DNA of 20,000 nucleotides from Balamuthia mandrillaris. Lineage: Eukaryota. A program made the translations under genes and the position numbers. Every line of letters begins with the position of its first letter. The first letter of the stretch is position 1. The notes under the pieces are model-generated. The model made no database searches. It was not told where the DNA came from and saw nothing but the letters and a program-made list of their open reading frames with translations. Positions 1 to 11,575 of the stretch are shown in pieces. The DNA is taken from the NCBI GenBank assembly GCA_031835245.2, contig JAVKOQ020000073.1, forward strand, positions 185,178 to 205,177. Direction: 5' to 3'.

Positions 1-204
1 TCGTCCTCCTATCCCGGACGATTCAATCCAAGTTATTTCGCGGTGTATGACGGACATGGCGGTCGCATGGCGGCGGACTTTGTGCGGGTTCATCTTCACG
101 CACAGATCATCAATCAACAAACGAGCAACTTATTTTGGCCACAGTCGTCTGCTGCTGTTGATGAGAAAAAGTTTGTTGAAAATTTCTTCTTCTCTCGCTC
201 TCTC

Positions 205-246
<42 letters not shown>

Positions 247-1530
247 CTTCTCTTTCCTCTCTTCCGCTCCTCTGTGTTCGTCGTTCACTCACCATGCCAT
301 TTTTTGTTCGCGGTAATCTTCAGAATCTCTGGGGTGGTGCTAGCCGCGTTTGCTCTCACGGAGCAGAAGTTGATCAACTACACCATCAAAAAGAAAAACC
401 TCAGTGGCTGTTGTGCCATTGTGGTCATGCAGGTCCGTTCTGCTTGTTTCTTCTCTCACGCTCATGGCACTCACCCTTTTCTTTGTGGGTCAACAGGTGT
501 ACGATAGGATATTGGTAGCCAATTTGGGCGACTCCAGAGTTGTGCAGGGACGCAAAGCGGAGAATCCGGGAGTGGGCAAAATGCGAGTACCTTTCCCGTT
601 GACCTACAAGGCGGTCCCTCTGAGTGAAGACCAGAAGGCCTCTCACCCGGTGGAAAGAAGACGTATTAACAAACAAGGAGGTAAATCGTCGTTTATTACG
701 CTGAAAGCTGAAACATTTCGTATCCGAACATTAATATCTTATCTTTCTCTCTCTCTCTCTCTCTCTCTCTCCCTGGCAGGTTTTGTAAGTGGAGGAAGGG
801 CTCTTGGTATGCTGGCTGTGGGTCGCTCTTTTGGAGATCGATTCATCAAGAATCCACCCAGTCCAGCTGGAACCAAGCGTAAAGAGTCTCCTGATGGTTC
901 AACCAAAAACAACGAAACCACTAATAATGCAGACAGCAACAACGAAAGTAAAAAGCAGAATCGTAGTCGCAGCAACTCCAATAAAATTGGAGGCGACGCA
1001 GAAGAGACGAATGGATCAAAGGAAGCGGCTGGAGAAGAGGAAGCTGGAAAGAAAGGAAGCAACAAGGAAGTGGCCACCAAAAAGAAATCAACGAAGAAGA
1101 AGTCGCAAGAGCCCGAAGCCGAAGAGGAAAAGGAGAACCCCAAAGTCGGAGCAGCGGCGAAGAAAAATGGCAAAACTGCTGGAGATGGTGCTGCAGCTGG
1201 TCCCAAGGAAGGAAACAACAAAGCCCCGAAGAAAAGCAACAATAACGTGGATAAGACCAATGCAGACAAGAAGGTCAAAAACGAGAAAGAAGATGAACCA
1301 GCAGGCACTAACAGCGAAGTAACTGAGCCAGCAAAGAAGGAGACGAAGAAAGAGCAACGAGAGAGAGAAAGACGAGAAAAGTACGAGGCTCGAAGACAAA
1401 AAGAACGGGAAAAGAGAATTCAACAACGGATAGCCATGTGGCGAAAGATGAAAGAGCAAGGAGGAGCCAACGCTGGCGAAGGTGCCGTTATCGCGGAACC
1501 CGAGCTCAGATGTATGTTTACTTTCTCTCT

Positions 1531-1567
<37 letters not shown>

Positions 1568-2312
1568 TGCTCTATTACCCTAGCTCTCTTGTTTCTCCTC
1601 CGCTCTCTCTCTCTCTCTCTCTCTCTCATCTCTTTCTTATGATATTTGTCTTTCAAAAGTCTTCAAGATAAAGCCTAAGGACCACTTCATCATCATCGCC
1701 AGCGACGGTTTCTGGGACGTATTCACTAACAAAAAGGCCGTGGACACGGTGGCCAAGCTCTTGAAGGAAGAAAAGGAGAAACTACTAAAGAAGAAAGAAG
1801 GAATAGAATCCCAAGATGCAGCCCAAGAAGACGGCGAACAATCTGAGAAGAAGCAACCTCAAGCAGAGCCATCTGAAACCAACACAAACAATGGTAAGAG
1901 TTCTCGTCACTCCAAAGCAAGTGAAGGCGACATCATCCTGTCGGCAGAAGAACGGTACCGAAAGGAGCGGCTGCGAAAGTACAGTTTTGCAGCAACGGAC
2001 AGGGACTACCTCTTTGAAGACGATCCTTCTCCTACGTTGCTCTCCGCACAGGAAGGTGATAAAGAAAACCTTACTAGCTCCAAAGAGATCGGTACTCGCA
2101 CAATGCAGGAAGCAACCAATGGCTCTCCCAAAGAAACTGGTGGAGACTCGGATGGCGAAGAGGACGAAGAGGACGAGCCGTTTGTGCCCCCAAAGCAGTC
2201 TGATATTTTCTTGAATCGTGTCTGCCAAGTCCTATGCGAGAAAGCCAAAAACAAGGGAAGCCGTGATGACATCACCGTCATTCTCGTTCTCTTCGACGAG
2301 ATCGGTCTGTAA
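1..2312 (+). CDS. Protein phosphatase 2C (PPM family) with long Lys/Glu-rich inserts; 5'-partial; predicted exons <1-170, 324-432, 497-680, 780-1511, 1660-2312
   Basis: PP2C motifs in order: FAVYDGHGG, SGCCA, VANLGDSR, PLSEDQK, LAVGRSFGD, AEPE, FIIIASDGFWDV, GSRDDITVILV. GT-AG introns, three of the four containing (CT)n tracts, join the exons in frame. Confidence 0.93.
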
Positions 2313-2491
2313 AACCCTCTGTTCTTCTCTCTCTCTCTCTCTCTCTCTCTCATATCTGTGTGATTGGAGAAGGCAGAACAGTAGGTACTTTTGTAAACTT
2401 CATTTTGCGTACACGTAACTTGTTTGTGTTATTTTTCAAATACAAGAACAAATAAATAATTAAAAAACAAAGAGTCAAGAAGAAGGCAACT

Positions 2492-5008
2492 CTACAGCAA
2501 AAAGGTTTCGTTATGAAAGTCCCATCGTCGCTGGCGTGCGTGTCGTTCAGCATCTGCAACGAGGTTCTCCGGACCACAAGCAAACATCAGGGTGGACAAT
2601 CCAAGATCGTCACCCTCGTGCAGCTCATCGATGTCAGACAGATTAGGCCGCCCAACAAAGACAGGACACCCACCAACGTCCTCTTCTGCGAAGGAGACAG
2701 ACGTTACGCTCGAGTTCATGGAGACGTTATCATGTCCGGTAAAGTGGCAGTAGAGGGCGAAGCGTTTGTCGTTAGCAGCAGCCTTGGCCATGGCGGGGTA
2801 CAGCAAGTCCAGCAGCTTCCTATCGCGGGCACTCCAAACAAGCACCACTCTTTCAAGGTGAGGAAGATGAGCCTGTGGCAGGGCGGCCAGTGCTTCGATG
2901 ATGGCCTTGCAAGGAGTGATGCCAATGCCACCGGCCACCAGGCAGATCTGTTGGTAACGCCCAAACTCGATAGGGAGGCCGTAGGGTCCGTCCACGTTGA
3001 CAGTAAGAGTAAGGCCGTCTCGCACAGCGTCTGCCAGGCGAGAGGTAAAGGTGGCTTCTCCCATGACCTTGATGTGAAGCTCCACCTCGTTCTTGTCGGC
3101 TCCAGCGATGGTGAAGGGATGCCATTGGAAGAGGGACAGTTGAGAGACGTTGATGAAGCAGTAGTGGCCCGGTCGGTAAGCAAAAGGAGCACGGAGGCGC
3201 AGCGACACCACACGCCCAACACCACCGAGGTCGTGGTGGATGGCAGAGATAATTTCAGCGGCTGTAGCGCTGCGGTAGGCCCGAATGCAGCGATCCACGA
3301 ACCAAAAGGCAACGCCGGGAAGAAGGAACTCCCAACCGGCAGCGGCGTGCCACAGAACGGCAGGGATGAGCAAGCAGTAGGTGATATGATGGGAGTAGTA
3401 AAAGAGCTCAAAGAACCTCCGCCTTATCTGCCAGAGAGTCAAAACGCCCATTGTGATGAAGGTAAGCCATGTGACCAACGTGATGAGAGGCACCGTGAAG
3501 TTGTCAATGCCGTTGCTGAGGTGCATCGGCACAGCCAGCACATCTCCCGGAAAGTTGTGTGTCTTGGAGTACCAGACGTAGTTAGCCACCATGTGAGCGA
3601 AGGCTGCCAACAGGAAGAGACGGCCGAGGATGACATGAGCGAAGATGGCAGCCTCCCAAGAAAGCCCAAAGATGAAAGGCAGAACAGAGTTGCGAGCAGC
3701 AGGGAACATCAGCAATCCAAACAGGAGGACAGCCAACTGGCCAAAAGCACGACCTATCTTCTCCGCATCGTAGACATGCGCTGCAGATGGCCAGTAGCCG
3801 TTGAAGTTGTGGTCGTGGACCCAATACCAGAACCACAAAGTGATCAGAGTCACCGTTGCAGCGGCCAGCAGCAGCCGACCAAGCGATACAAAGACGAGGT
3901 GTTGGCGCAGCCGTAACGAAGGGCGAGAGGCTTCCAGTTTTGAGCTGCTTTCGCCCGCTGGGAGTAAACGGACGCTAAGCTGAAGGATGTATCGTGGGAA
4001 GTGCCAGTAGAAGAACTCGAGCTGAGGGAGCCACACTCCCGCACCAAGAAGCAGCCTTGTCGGCCCAAATGAACGCAGAAACAATGTGGCCAGAGGAACC
4101 ACCAGAAGGAACACATAGAGGAAGAGGTTGTCAGGAAAGATCTTAAGGCGCCAGTCGTCACGCAGCTCCAGCTCCTTGGTCTTGAAAGTGGCCCAAGGGT
4201 ACTCCGGAATGGCGACGTACTCGGGGTATTTATAGACCTTAGGGTCATGAGTGACCTTCTGAGCGGCATAGGAGGCAATGCGATCTGGCATGAAGTACTC
4301 CCAAGAGTTGGGAATGTAGGTGGTCGTGAAGCCAAAGACCAGCAACGGCAGGAAGAGAAGAAAGTAAAGAAGCCAGCCTTGTCGTAGAGTAGCTCCAGGA
4401 GTGGGGGGCGAGACCACCAACAAGCTTGTTGACGTTCCTTTGCGAAGAAGCGGGAGGTCCTCCCTCTCTTTGTTGCTGGCTTGTCTCCGCTCTGCCACGA
4501 TGCCCAGAACGAAGCTTGCCAACTGTGCAACCGCTAGAGAGACAAAGGCCAAAAGGGCGGACATGCCAACGATGGCCTGCCACCCCATGCCGGCCTCTGG
4601 CTGTCGAGGAGTGAGCTTCTTGTAAACCTCCGGATTCAGGCACCCTACACCGAAGCAATCCAGGAAAGGAGCTGCCCACAAGCCTCCAAACGTAGCTCCA
4701 ACAACCAACAAGCTCACCGCCAGCGCTGTAGCGATCAATCGGATGTACTTGTTGGCTGGCGTGAGGAAGCACAGTGCTTGCTGCGATGCCGTGAACAACA
4801 GAGTGAAAGCCACGGGAGAAAGAAACGTGAAGAAGACGAGCCCCACAAACTGTTGCTTGTTGTAGCCTGTCCAGGTGTGGCTGTAGGGGCCAGGATCGGT
4901 GAACCAATCGGCCTTAGACCAGACACCCAGTCCCACCGAAGCTCCGACTGCCAAACAGGTACCTACCGCAGCCACCGCCAACCACCAACCTGCTCTCCGC
5001 AGCACCAT
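2492..5008 (-). CDS. Ferric reductase / NADPH oxidase (FRO/NOX) family membrane flavocytochrome, 838 aa, intronless
   Basis: Multiple TM helices with heme-ligand His residues (AHVILGR..AHMV, FFELFYYSHH..LWH), FAD motif WHPFTI, NADPH motifs DGPYG, LVAGGIGITP, FACGP and C-terminal HNETFLL. Confidence 0.93.
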   Translation of the reverse strand: MVLRRAGWWLAVAAVGTCLAVGASVGLGVWSKADWFTDPGPYSHTWTGYNKQQFVGLVFFTFLSPVAFTLLFTASQQALCFLTPANKYIRLIATALAVSLLVVGATFGGLWAAPFLDCFGVGCLNPEVYKKLTPRQPEAGMGWQAIVGMSALLAFVSLAVAQLASFVLGIVAERRQASNKEREDLPLLRKGTSTSLLVVSPPTPGATLRQGWLLYFLLFLPLLVFGFTTTYIPNSWEYFMPDRIASYAAQKVTHDPKVYKYPEYVAIPEYPWATFKTKELELRDDWRLKIFPDNLFLYVFLLVVPLATLFLRSFGPTRLLLGAGVWLPQLEFFYWHFPRYILQLSVRLLPAGESSSKLEASRPSLRLRQHLVFVSLGRLLLAAATVTLITLWFWYWVHDHNFNGYWPSAAHVYDAEKIGRAFGQLAVLLFGLLMFPAARNSVLPFIFGLSWEAAIFAHVILGRLFLLAAFAHMVANYVWYSKTHNFPGDVLAVPMHLSNGIDNFTVPLITLVTWLTFITMGVLTLWQIRRRFFELFYYSHHITYCLLIPAVLWHAAAGWEFLLPGVAFWFVDRCIRAYRSATAAEIISAIHHDLGGVGRVVSLRLRAPFAYRPGHYCFINVSQLSLFQWHPFTIAGADKNEVELHIKVMGEATFTSRLADAVRDGLTLTVNVDGPYGLPIEFGRYQQICLVAGGIGITPCKAIIEALAALPQAHLPHLERVVLVWSARDRKLLDLLYPAMAKAAANDKRFALYCHFTGHDNVSMNSSVTSVSFAEEDVGGCPVFVGRPNLSDIDELHEGDDLGLSTLMFACGPENLVADAERHARQRRWDFHNETFLL

Positions 5009-5773
5009 TTCGTGTTCTTGGTTTCAGTTTCGTCTTCGTCTTCTTCAAAGGACGACAGCTGTGAAGTGAGTCCAACATTGCGTGAGGAAACGTCGCTTTT
5101 ATACCAGCGCGGCTCATTTGCTTACGAAGTTGGACGAAGAGGTATTGCCCAGTTCTACCGTCGACAACAAGAAAGCGAAAAGGAAAAAGCAAACGGCACG
5201 TTGGCAGGGAAACTGCTCACGAAGTTTTACACATGGCGTTGCGGAAGAGGCACCAAACTGCTCCGTGGTGCAAGTAAACCCCTGTTTACCCCACGAAAAA
5301 GAAAAAGAGTTTTTTTTTTTTTTTTTCGCGAAGCAAACCCGCCTTACGCAGAATTAGCAAGTAGTCCGATAATGCGCCTTATTGTGCTATGTGAGCACAC
5401 GCTGCATGACGGAAGTGTCTCAGGAAGGACGAAACTGAAGCAGAGAAGACAAGGAGGAGGAAACAAGGAATGCTTCAGTTTTGTCAATAAAGAAGTAAAC
5501 AAGCTTTAATCTTCCGCAGCAGCTCTTCCCCCCCTTTCCCTCACCATCACTCCAATTTGCTTTTGGCTAATCCTTTTGTGTCGATACCAGCGGAATAGTA
5601 TTATTTGGGCAAATCGAAAATTCTATAATATTGTGATTATTGTCTACATATATCGATGTTTTTTGAGTTGGATTGATTATCTTTGCAATTTCCTCAGTTC
5701 AACAGAGAAGAGAGAAGGATTAAAAGGGGAGAGAAAAAGAGAAGGATAGGGGTTTGTGCTTGTAGATTAGTTA

Positions 5774-7119
5774 GTTGAAAAGGCCGCGTTTGAGAACCCT
5801 TGCCGACCACAGCCTCTCGAGGTGACACGCTGCTCTATTGGCGGTGTCTATCCCTTTGTTGTAAGTGCCACGCTTCGGCCTGGTTTGCCTCACTTCGGTA
5901 AGGTGCAGTCTTCTTTTCCAATATTCTTCTTTTTGTTTCGTTCCTTGATTTTGTTCTAAGAAATGGAAAGCACATTTTACAATTTCTGTAAATATTGTAT
6001 TACACCTGCCTCAATGGAGGTGAAGATATCCTACATTCGTAGTCAGTTTAAGATATGGGTAAGCTTAACTTTATTTTTCTTTCTCTGTTTCCTCTCCTCT
6101 CCTCTCCTCTCCTCTCCTCTCCTCTCTCCTCTCCTCTCCTCTCTTTCTCTCTTTCTCTCTTTCTCTTGCTTTTTTGTTATCTCTTCTCATTCTTTCTTCA
6201 AAAGGCCCGTTTGGAAACTTTGAAGGGACTGTCAACGAGAAAAACTGTCACACTGTTACGACAACACTTGCCAACAAAAGTGAAGATCACAAATGTGCAA
6301 GCCTGTATTCAGGTTGTTTTTTGAAAGACTATTTATTTTTTTAGTGTTTGTTTAACATTTTTCTTTTAGGTGACGCTGGTTTATCCTCAGGTTTTGAGTC
6401 TCCAACAATGTATTGTTAAAACATTAACTGAAAAACCTTCTATATGGTATGTTATCATGTTTTAGATATTTGATATTTATGTAACACTTTTTAAATAACA
6501 GGTTTGATATGTGGTTGAGTTGTGATGTTTGGTCTCTCCCTGTCCATTTACGTCATTGGCTGTTAGTGGAAGGAATATGTTTGGCTCCTCAGCTCCATGA
6601 TGAAACATTGTGGTGTATCGACAATAAGCCTGTTTGGAATACATCTTCTCCACCAAAACCACAAAAAAAAAGGTAACATCTATGTCATTTTTCATTCTTT
6701 TTTGCTTTCTTCTTCTTTGTCTTTTTTTTGTCTTTATTCTTGTTGTTGTCTTCTTTTTCTACCACTACCATCGCCACCGTCGCCACCGTCGCCACCGTCG
6801 CCACCGCCACCATCGCCACCATCACCACCATCGCCACCATTGCCACCACCACCACCACCACCATCGCCACCATTGCCACCATTGCCACCATCGCCACCAT
6901 CATTGCCATTACCACTATTGCTGCTCTTCTTTATCTACTCTCTTTTTATTTCTTTATTTTCTTTTTCTCTCCTCTCTAGCAATAGTATATCTAACTTCAT
7001 TCATTATTTTTAATATTAGAAAAGTTCTTCATTCTGATAAAGAGACTATTTCACTTGAAGAAGCCAAAGGGGCTTTAGAATCTCTAAAGTGTTTTTGCTT
7101 TGATGACAAAAAATGCTAG
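5774..7119 (+). CDS. Multi-exon hypothetical protein; exons 5963-6058, 6205-6312, 6370-6446, 6502-6672, 7020-7119, probably with a further upstream exon ~5774-5897 joined at 5961
   Basis: GT-AG junctions keep one open frame (MESTFYNFCKY...IW/ARLETLKG...CIQ/VTLVYPQ...PSIW/FDMWLSC...PQKK/RKVLHSD...DDKKC*). No recognisable domain; start codon uncertain. Confidence 0.6.
6765..6920 (+). repeat. Low-complexity (CRCCAY)-type simple repeat inside an intron
   Basis: caccgtcgc/caccatcgc/caccattgc iterations lying within predicted intron 6673-7019. Confidence 0.8.
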
Positions 7120-7415
7120 TCAGTTATGTCTTTTACCAGTTCAATTAAAAAAATGAGTATCAATAGCGCAGCAAATGGTATTGTAAAAGAAGAACGGGAA
7201 TGATAGCAAAGACAAAGTAAGTACAAGACTTGAACATAATTTAACAAAAGTAAAGAGTACAAGTATCTTGTTGTAAGTTGTAAGTTGTCCTGAGAGGAAA
7301 GAAGAAGAAACAAGAAGAGGTGGTATTTAAACTAGAAGAAAGATCTATAAAAGAACAGAGCAAAAAAGAGAGAAAGAGTAAAGGAAATATCAAGAAAGGA
7401 GAAGGGAAAGATAAG

Positions 7416-7431
7416 AGGTTAGGGTTAGGGT
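7416..7431 (+). repeat. Short interstitial telomeric tract AGG(TTAGGG)2T
   Basis: Directly read; same orientation as the terminal telomere; followed within 20 bp by a GC-rich tandem repeat. Confidence 0.7.
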
Positions 7432-7448
7432 CTATGCTCAGGTTCTTT

Positions 7449-7890
7449 GTCTACCAGGCTTCTAGAGGGTGGCCGAAGGCCACCTGCCGAAGGCAGCGAA
7501 GCCGCCTGAGGCAGAGAACCCGAGGAAGCGGCTGAAGGCCGCAAAAGTGCAATTTCCGGTGGAATCATGAGACAAATGTTGCTTTTGCACTTTTTCTGTT
7601 GAAAATGTGGGTCTACCAGGCTTCTGGAGGGTGGCCGAAGGCCACCTGCCGAAGGCGGCGAAGCCGCCTGAGGCAGAGAACATGAGCAAGTGGCCGAAGG
7701 CTGCAAAAAAGTGCAATTTCTGGTGGAATCACGAGACAAATGTTGCTTTCCCGCTTTTTCTGTTGAAAATGTGGGTCTTCCAGGCTTCTAGAGGGTGGCT
7801 GAAGGCCACCTGCTGAAGGCAGCGAAGCCCCCTGAGGCAGAGAACACGAGGAAGCGGCAGAAGGCTGAGAAAGTGTGATTTACGGTGGAA
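7449..7890. repeat. ~163-bp tandem repeat, ~2.7 copies, rich in GAA-loop hairpins
   Basis: Units start at ~7449, 7611 and 7775 (gtctaccaggcttct.gagggtggccgaaggccacctgccgaaggc...). Confidence 0.9.
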
Positions 7891-8535
7891 TAGATTTATT
7901 TGCTTTTCTGGCATTGCAAAAGAGGCCCAAGTATACCTGGTGAAAGGCAGCAAAGCCACTGCAGCCAGTAACATCTGGAAGTTGACAAAAACAGACCAAG
8001 TCTACATGCAGCAACAGCAGCAGCAGTAGCACAATTGGTGAGATAGTTGACAAATTATGCAAAATGTAGCATTTTGAATAAAACACAACCAAGTGGACCT
8101 TTTACACACCTCACAACAGTTGGTGTAGTTCTCAACCAACCAACCAACCAACCAACCAACCAACCAACCAACCAACCAACCAATGGACCTACAGAAAGGT
8201 AAGCATCGGTGAGAGCTCAACCCACAGGAAAAAGAGAGAGAAAGGACGAGATGAAATGTTCATGTGACTTTCATGACGACATGAGAGCCATAACGACCTC
8301 ACGGGAGAAACACACAAGCGGGCTCGGAACCTGCTTACTTCTCACCTCATTCTCTTGTTTCTTTTTTTCGGATCACCAACTAACTAACCAACCAACCAAC
8401 CAGCTTATGCACTCTCAGAACTATCACTCTTGCTTCAGCTCTTTTGTTTGCCAATCATCGCGCACCAGAGGTGATGCAACAGCATCAAGCCTCTGCGCAA
8501 GCAGGCTCAAAGGAATGTTGTCCTTCATCCCAGCC

Positions 8536-9286
8536 AGACCTACTCCCTGGGTTTCATCTCTTTGCTGAAGCATCAGCATCGAGCTTTTCTGCCCAAGGAA
8601 GCAAGTCCGCACAGCTGTTGCGTCATACACGCAGACCTACTCCCTTGGGTTTCATCTCTTTGCTGAAGCATCAGCAGTGAGCTTTTCTGCCCAAGGAAGC
8701 AAGTCCGCACAGCTGTTGTGTCACGCATGCAGACCTACTCCCTGGGTTTCATCTCTTTGCTGAAGCATCAGCATCGAGCTTTTCTGCCCAAGGAAGCAAG
8801 TCCGCACAGCTGTTGCGTCATACACGCAGACCTACTCCCTTGGGTTTCATCTCTTTGCTGAAGCATCAGCAGTGAGCTTTTCTGCCCAAGGAAGCAAGTC
8901 CGCACAGCTGTTGTGTCACGCATGCAGACCTACTCCCTTTGGTTTCATCTCTTTGCTGAAGCAGCATAAGCCTTTTCTGTGAAGCAAGTCCGCACAGCTG
9001 TTGTGTCACGCATGCAGACCTACTCCCTGGGTTTCATCTCTTTGCTGAAGCGTCAGCATCGAGCTTTTCTGCCCAAGGAAGCAAGTCCGCACAGCTGTTG
9101 CGTCATGCACGCAGACCTCTCCCTTTGGTTTCATCTCTTTGCTGAAGCGTCAGCAGCGAGCTTTTCTACCCAAGGAAGCAAGTCCACACAGCTGTTGTGT
9201 CACGCATGTAGACCTACTCCCTTGGGTTTCATCTCTTTGCTGAAGCATCAGCAGCAAGCTTTTCTGCCCAAGGAAGCAAGTCTGCA
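8536..9286. repeat. 97/98-bp minisatellite, ~7.7 copies
   Basis: Units start agacct at 8536, 8633, 8731, 8828, 8926, 9016, 9113, 9210; the fifth unit has a short deletion (90 bp). Confidence 0.95.
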
Positions 9287-9860
9287 TAGAGAAGAAAGCA
9301 AACAAGTTCGTTCTCACTACTTTTGTTTGCCTGTGCTGTGCTGTGTCGTTCTCACTACTGCAGCGAACAGCAAAACTAGTTGCTTCTTTCCAGTCCAAAA
9401 AAAAAATAAAAAAAAAACCAAACGGTAACAAAGACCAAAAAACAACCGCTAGGAAAAAAAGCCATCCAATGAGAGGACAGATTTAATGAAAATAATTAAT
9501 GAAAAAAAACCGATGAAAGAACCAAGAGAAATAGACAGGTAAAAGAGAAGGGTTGATGGCAATGACACAACTGATGACAGAAAAGAAAGAGCTGCTGGAT
9601 CGATGAAAAGAAAGAAAGCCAGCAAGCGAGTAAAAAAAGGACAAGTAAAGAAGTGAGCAAAAATGGAAGAAGAAGAAAAACAGCTCTACAGGGATCACAA
9701 CAACAATGATGGGAAGTGTAGATGTGTGAAAGACAAAGAGCAAACAGTTGTTGTTAGTCTTTGTCCTTATCACAACCGACTTCAGAGAAGAAGAGCAAGA
9801 AGGCAGTGCCGTAAGCTACGAAAACGACGACAAACCCAAACAACAGCAACAACAACAACG

Positions 9861-10037
9861 ATGACACGCCCAGCAGTTTGTGATGTGAAAACGGCCTTTG
9901 TAAACAACAACCCAAAGGTAAGAAAAAGAACTTCTTACTGGCCTGCCTTTCCTTTCCTTCCCTTCACTCATTTATTCATCAAAACTACACTCCATCCAAG
10001 TGCTTTTATTGTTTATACCTGATAACAAACAAACACT

Positions 10038-10101
<64 letters not shown>

Positions 10102-10860
10102 GGTGCAGCAGCAGCTGTTTCAACCACAACAACAACTACTATCCTTGCACTCACCATCTTCGGAACATCAGTTCCTTGAAGACTTTGACCTTTCATCCTC
10201 TTCAATGCTAACAGCAACTCCCTTGACTACTGCCTTGGTGGGTAGCGAGGATGATACAACAGCAATAATGGAGACCATGGAAGCCTCTGCTGTGCCATCA
10301 TCCTGCCTCTTCTCCTCTTCTCCCTCCTCCTCTTTCTTCTTCTCAATAAACAATGATACGGACATTCTTGAAGATAAGGACGATCTATTCTTGTCACCGA
10401 TGTCACGGGATGCTTCTTCAGAAAGTGAGAATATCGGAAAGAATGCTCAAGCTGCTGTGGACCCCATGCTGAAGTGCTACCTGGAATCGTCAGAAGTAAG
10501 AGAACAAGAAGATGGAGAACAAACAAAAGCAGAAAAAAACCAAGCAACAGAAGAAGCAGAAGAAGCAGAAGAAAAAGCACTAAACAAAGAAGACGTACAT
10601 GAAGAAGCAGCAAAAACAGAAGAAGAAGAAGGAAAAGAAGAAGAAGAAGAAGAAGAAGAAGAAGAAGAAGAACAGGAAGAAATTCAAGAGAATGACAGTA
10701 AAAAACTCTCTACTATCTACAGGGAGGGAAAGAATGAAACACTACTTATGGCTTTGATACAGAAAGGAAAGGACCACAACAACCGTTTCTTGGTAAGGCC
10801 TGTTTTGTTTTCCATTGTTCACTTGTTTATTACTCTCAGCAAACTGTTGATTAACACCAT

Positions 10861-10906
<46 letters not shown>

Positions 10907-11543
10907 GGTTACAAAGGGACTGAATTTCAATAAAGAAGTGGCTCCATTTGTTCCATATATAGCGCGCTATGTGGAGCAAGAAGCAACTCTTAAAAAGAAC
11001 CAAGTGGATACAGAAACACGAAGGATCCTTCAAACACAAAGCCAAGAAAAAAGAAGAAGTGTTGCTTCCGGAAGTTCGGACCAAACAGCTAGTGATATCA
11101 AAAGTGTGTTAGCCCAGTTTTATCGCCTGATTTATGAATGCGAAGTAACTTACAGCAGCAGTTGCAAACAAAGGTACCCTAGACGACTAACTTTTGTACC
11201 ACTTGCATGCATTCATTATCTCACCAATCAACTAACCAAAAATACAAACAAAAAATGGAACAGGGACAGCGAGTGGAGACCACATATTAGCATGTTGTAT
11301 GATTTTGTACGAGTTCGTATCTGGGTTCAGTTCGCAAGTTACTGTTGGCCATGTCCAAAGACGCGGCGAAACAAAGCGGCTATGTTGGCACGAGTGCTGT
11401 GGTGGATGTCATTTCAACCTGAATTCCGTGGTAATGTTCAGCAAATCCTATTTTGTCGTCTCGTAAGTAGTTTTCATTTTCTATTTCTTTCTAGTGGTTT
11501 TTTCCTTATTGTTTGTTTCTTATAGTTGCTTTCTTTCTTGTCG

Positions 11544-11575
<32 letters not shown>

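Noticed and set aside
2513..3916. 467-aa plus-strand ORF
   Set aside because: Antisense shadow of the GC-rich ferric reductase CDS; no motifs.
6597..7119. Pro-rich, His-rich and Thr-rich ORFs
   Set aside because: Translations of an intronic simple repeat; only 7020-7119 fits a real exon.
7425..7974. Short ORFs over the hairpin repeats
   Set aside because: Repeat-derived, in several frames on both strands, with no coding signature.
8536..9286. Regular repeat array as a possible CRISPR
   Set aside because: Whole units are repeated with no unique spacers, no cas genes, and the context is eukaryotic.
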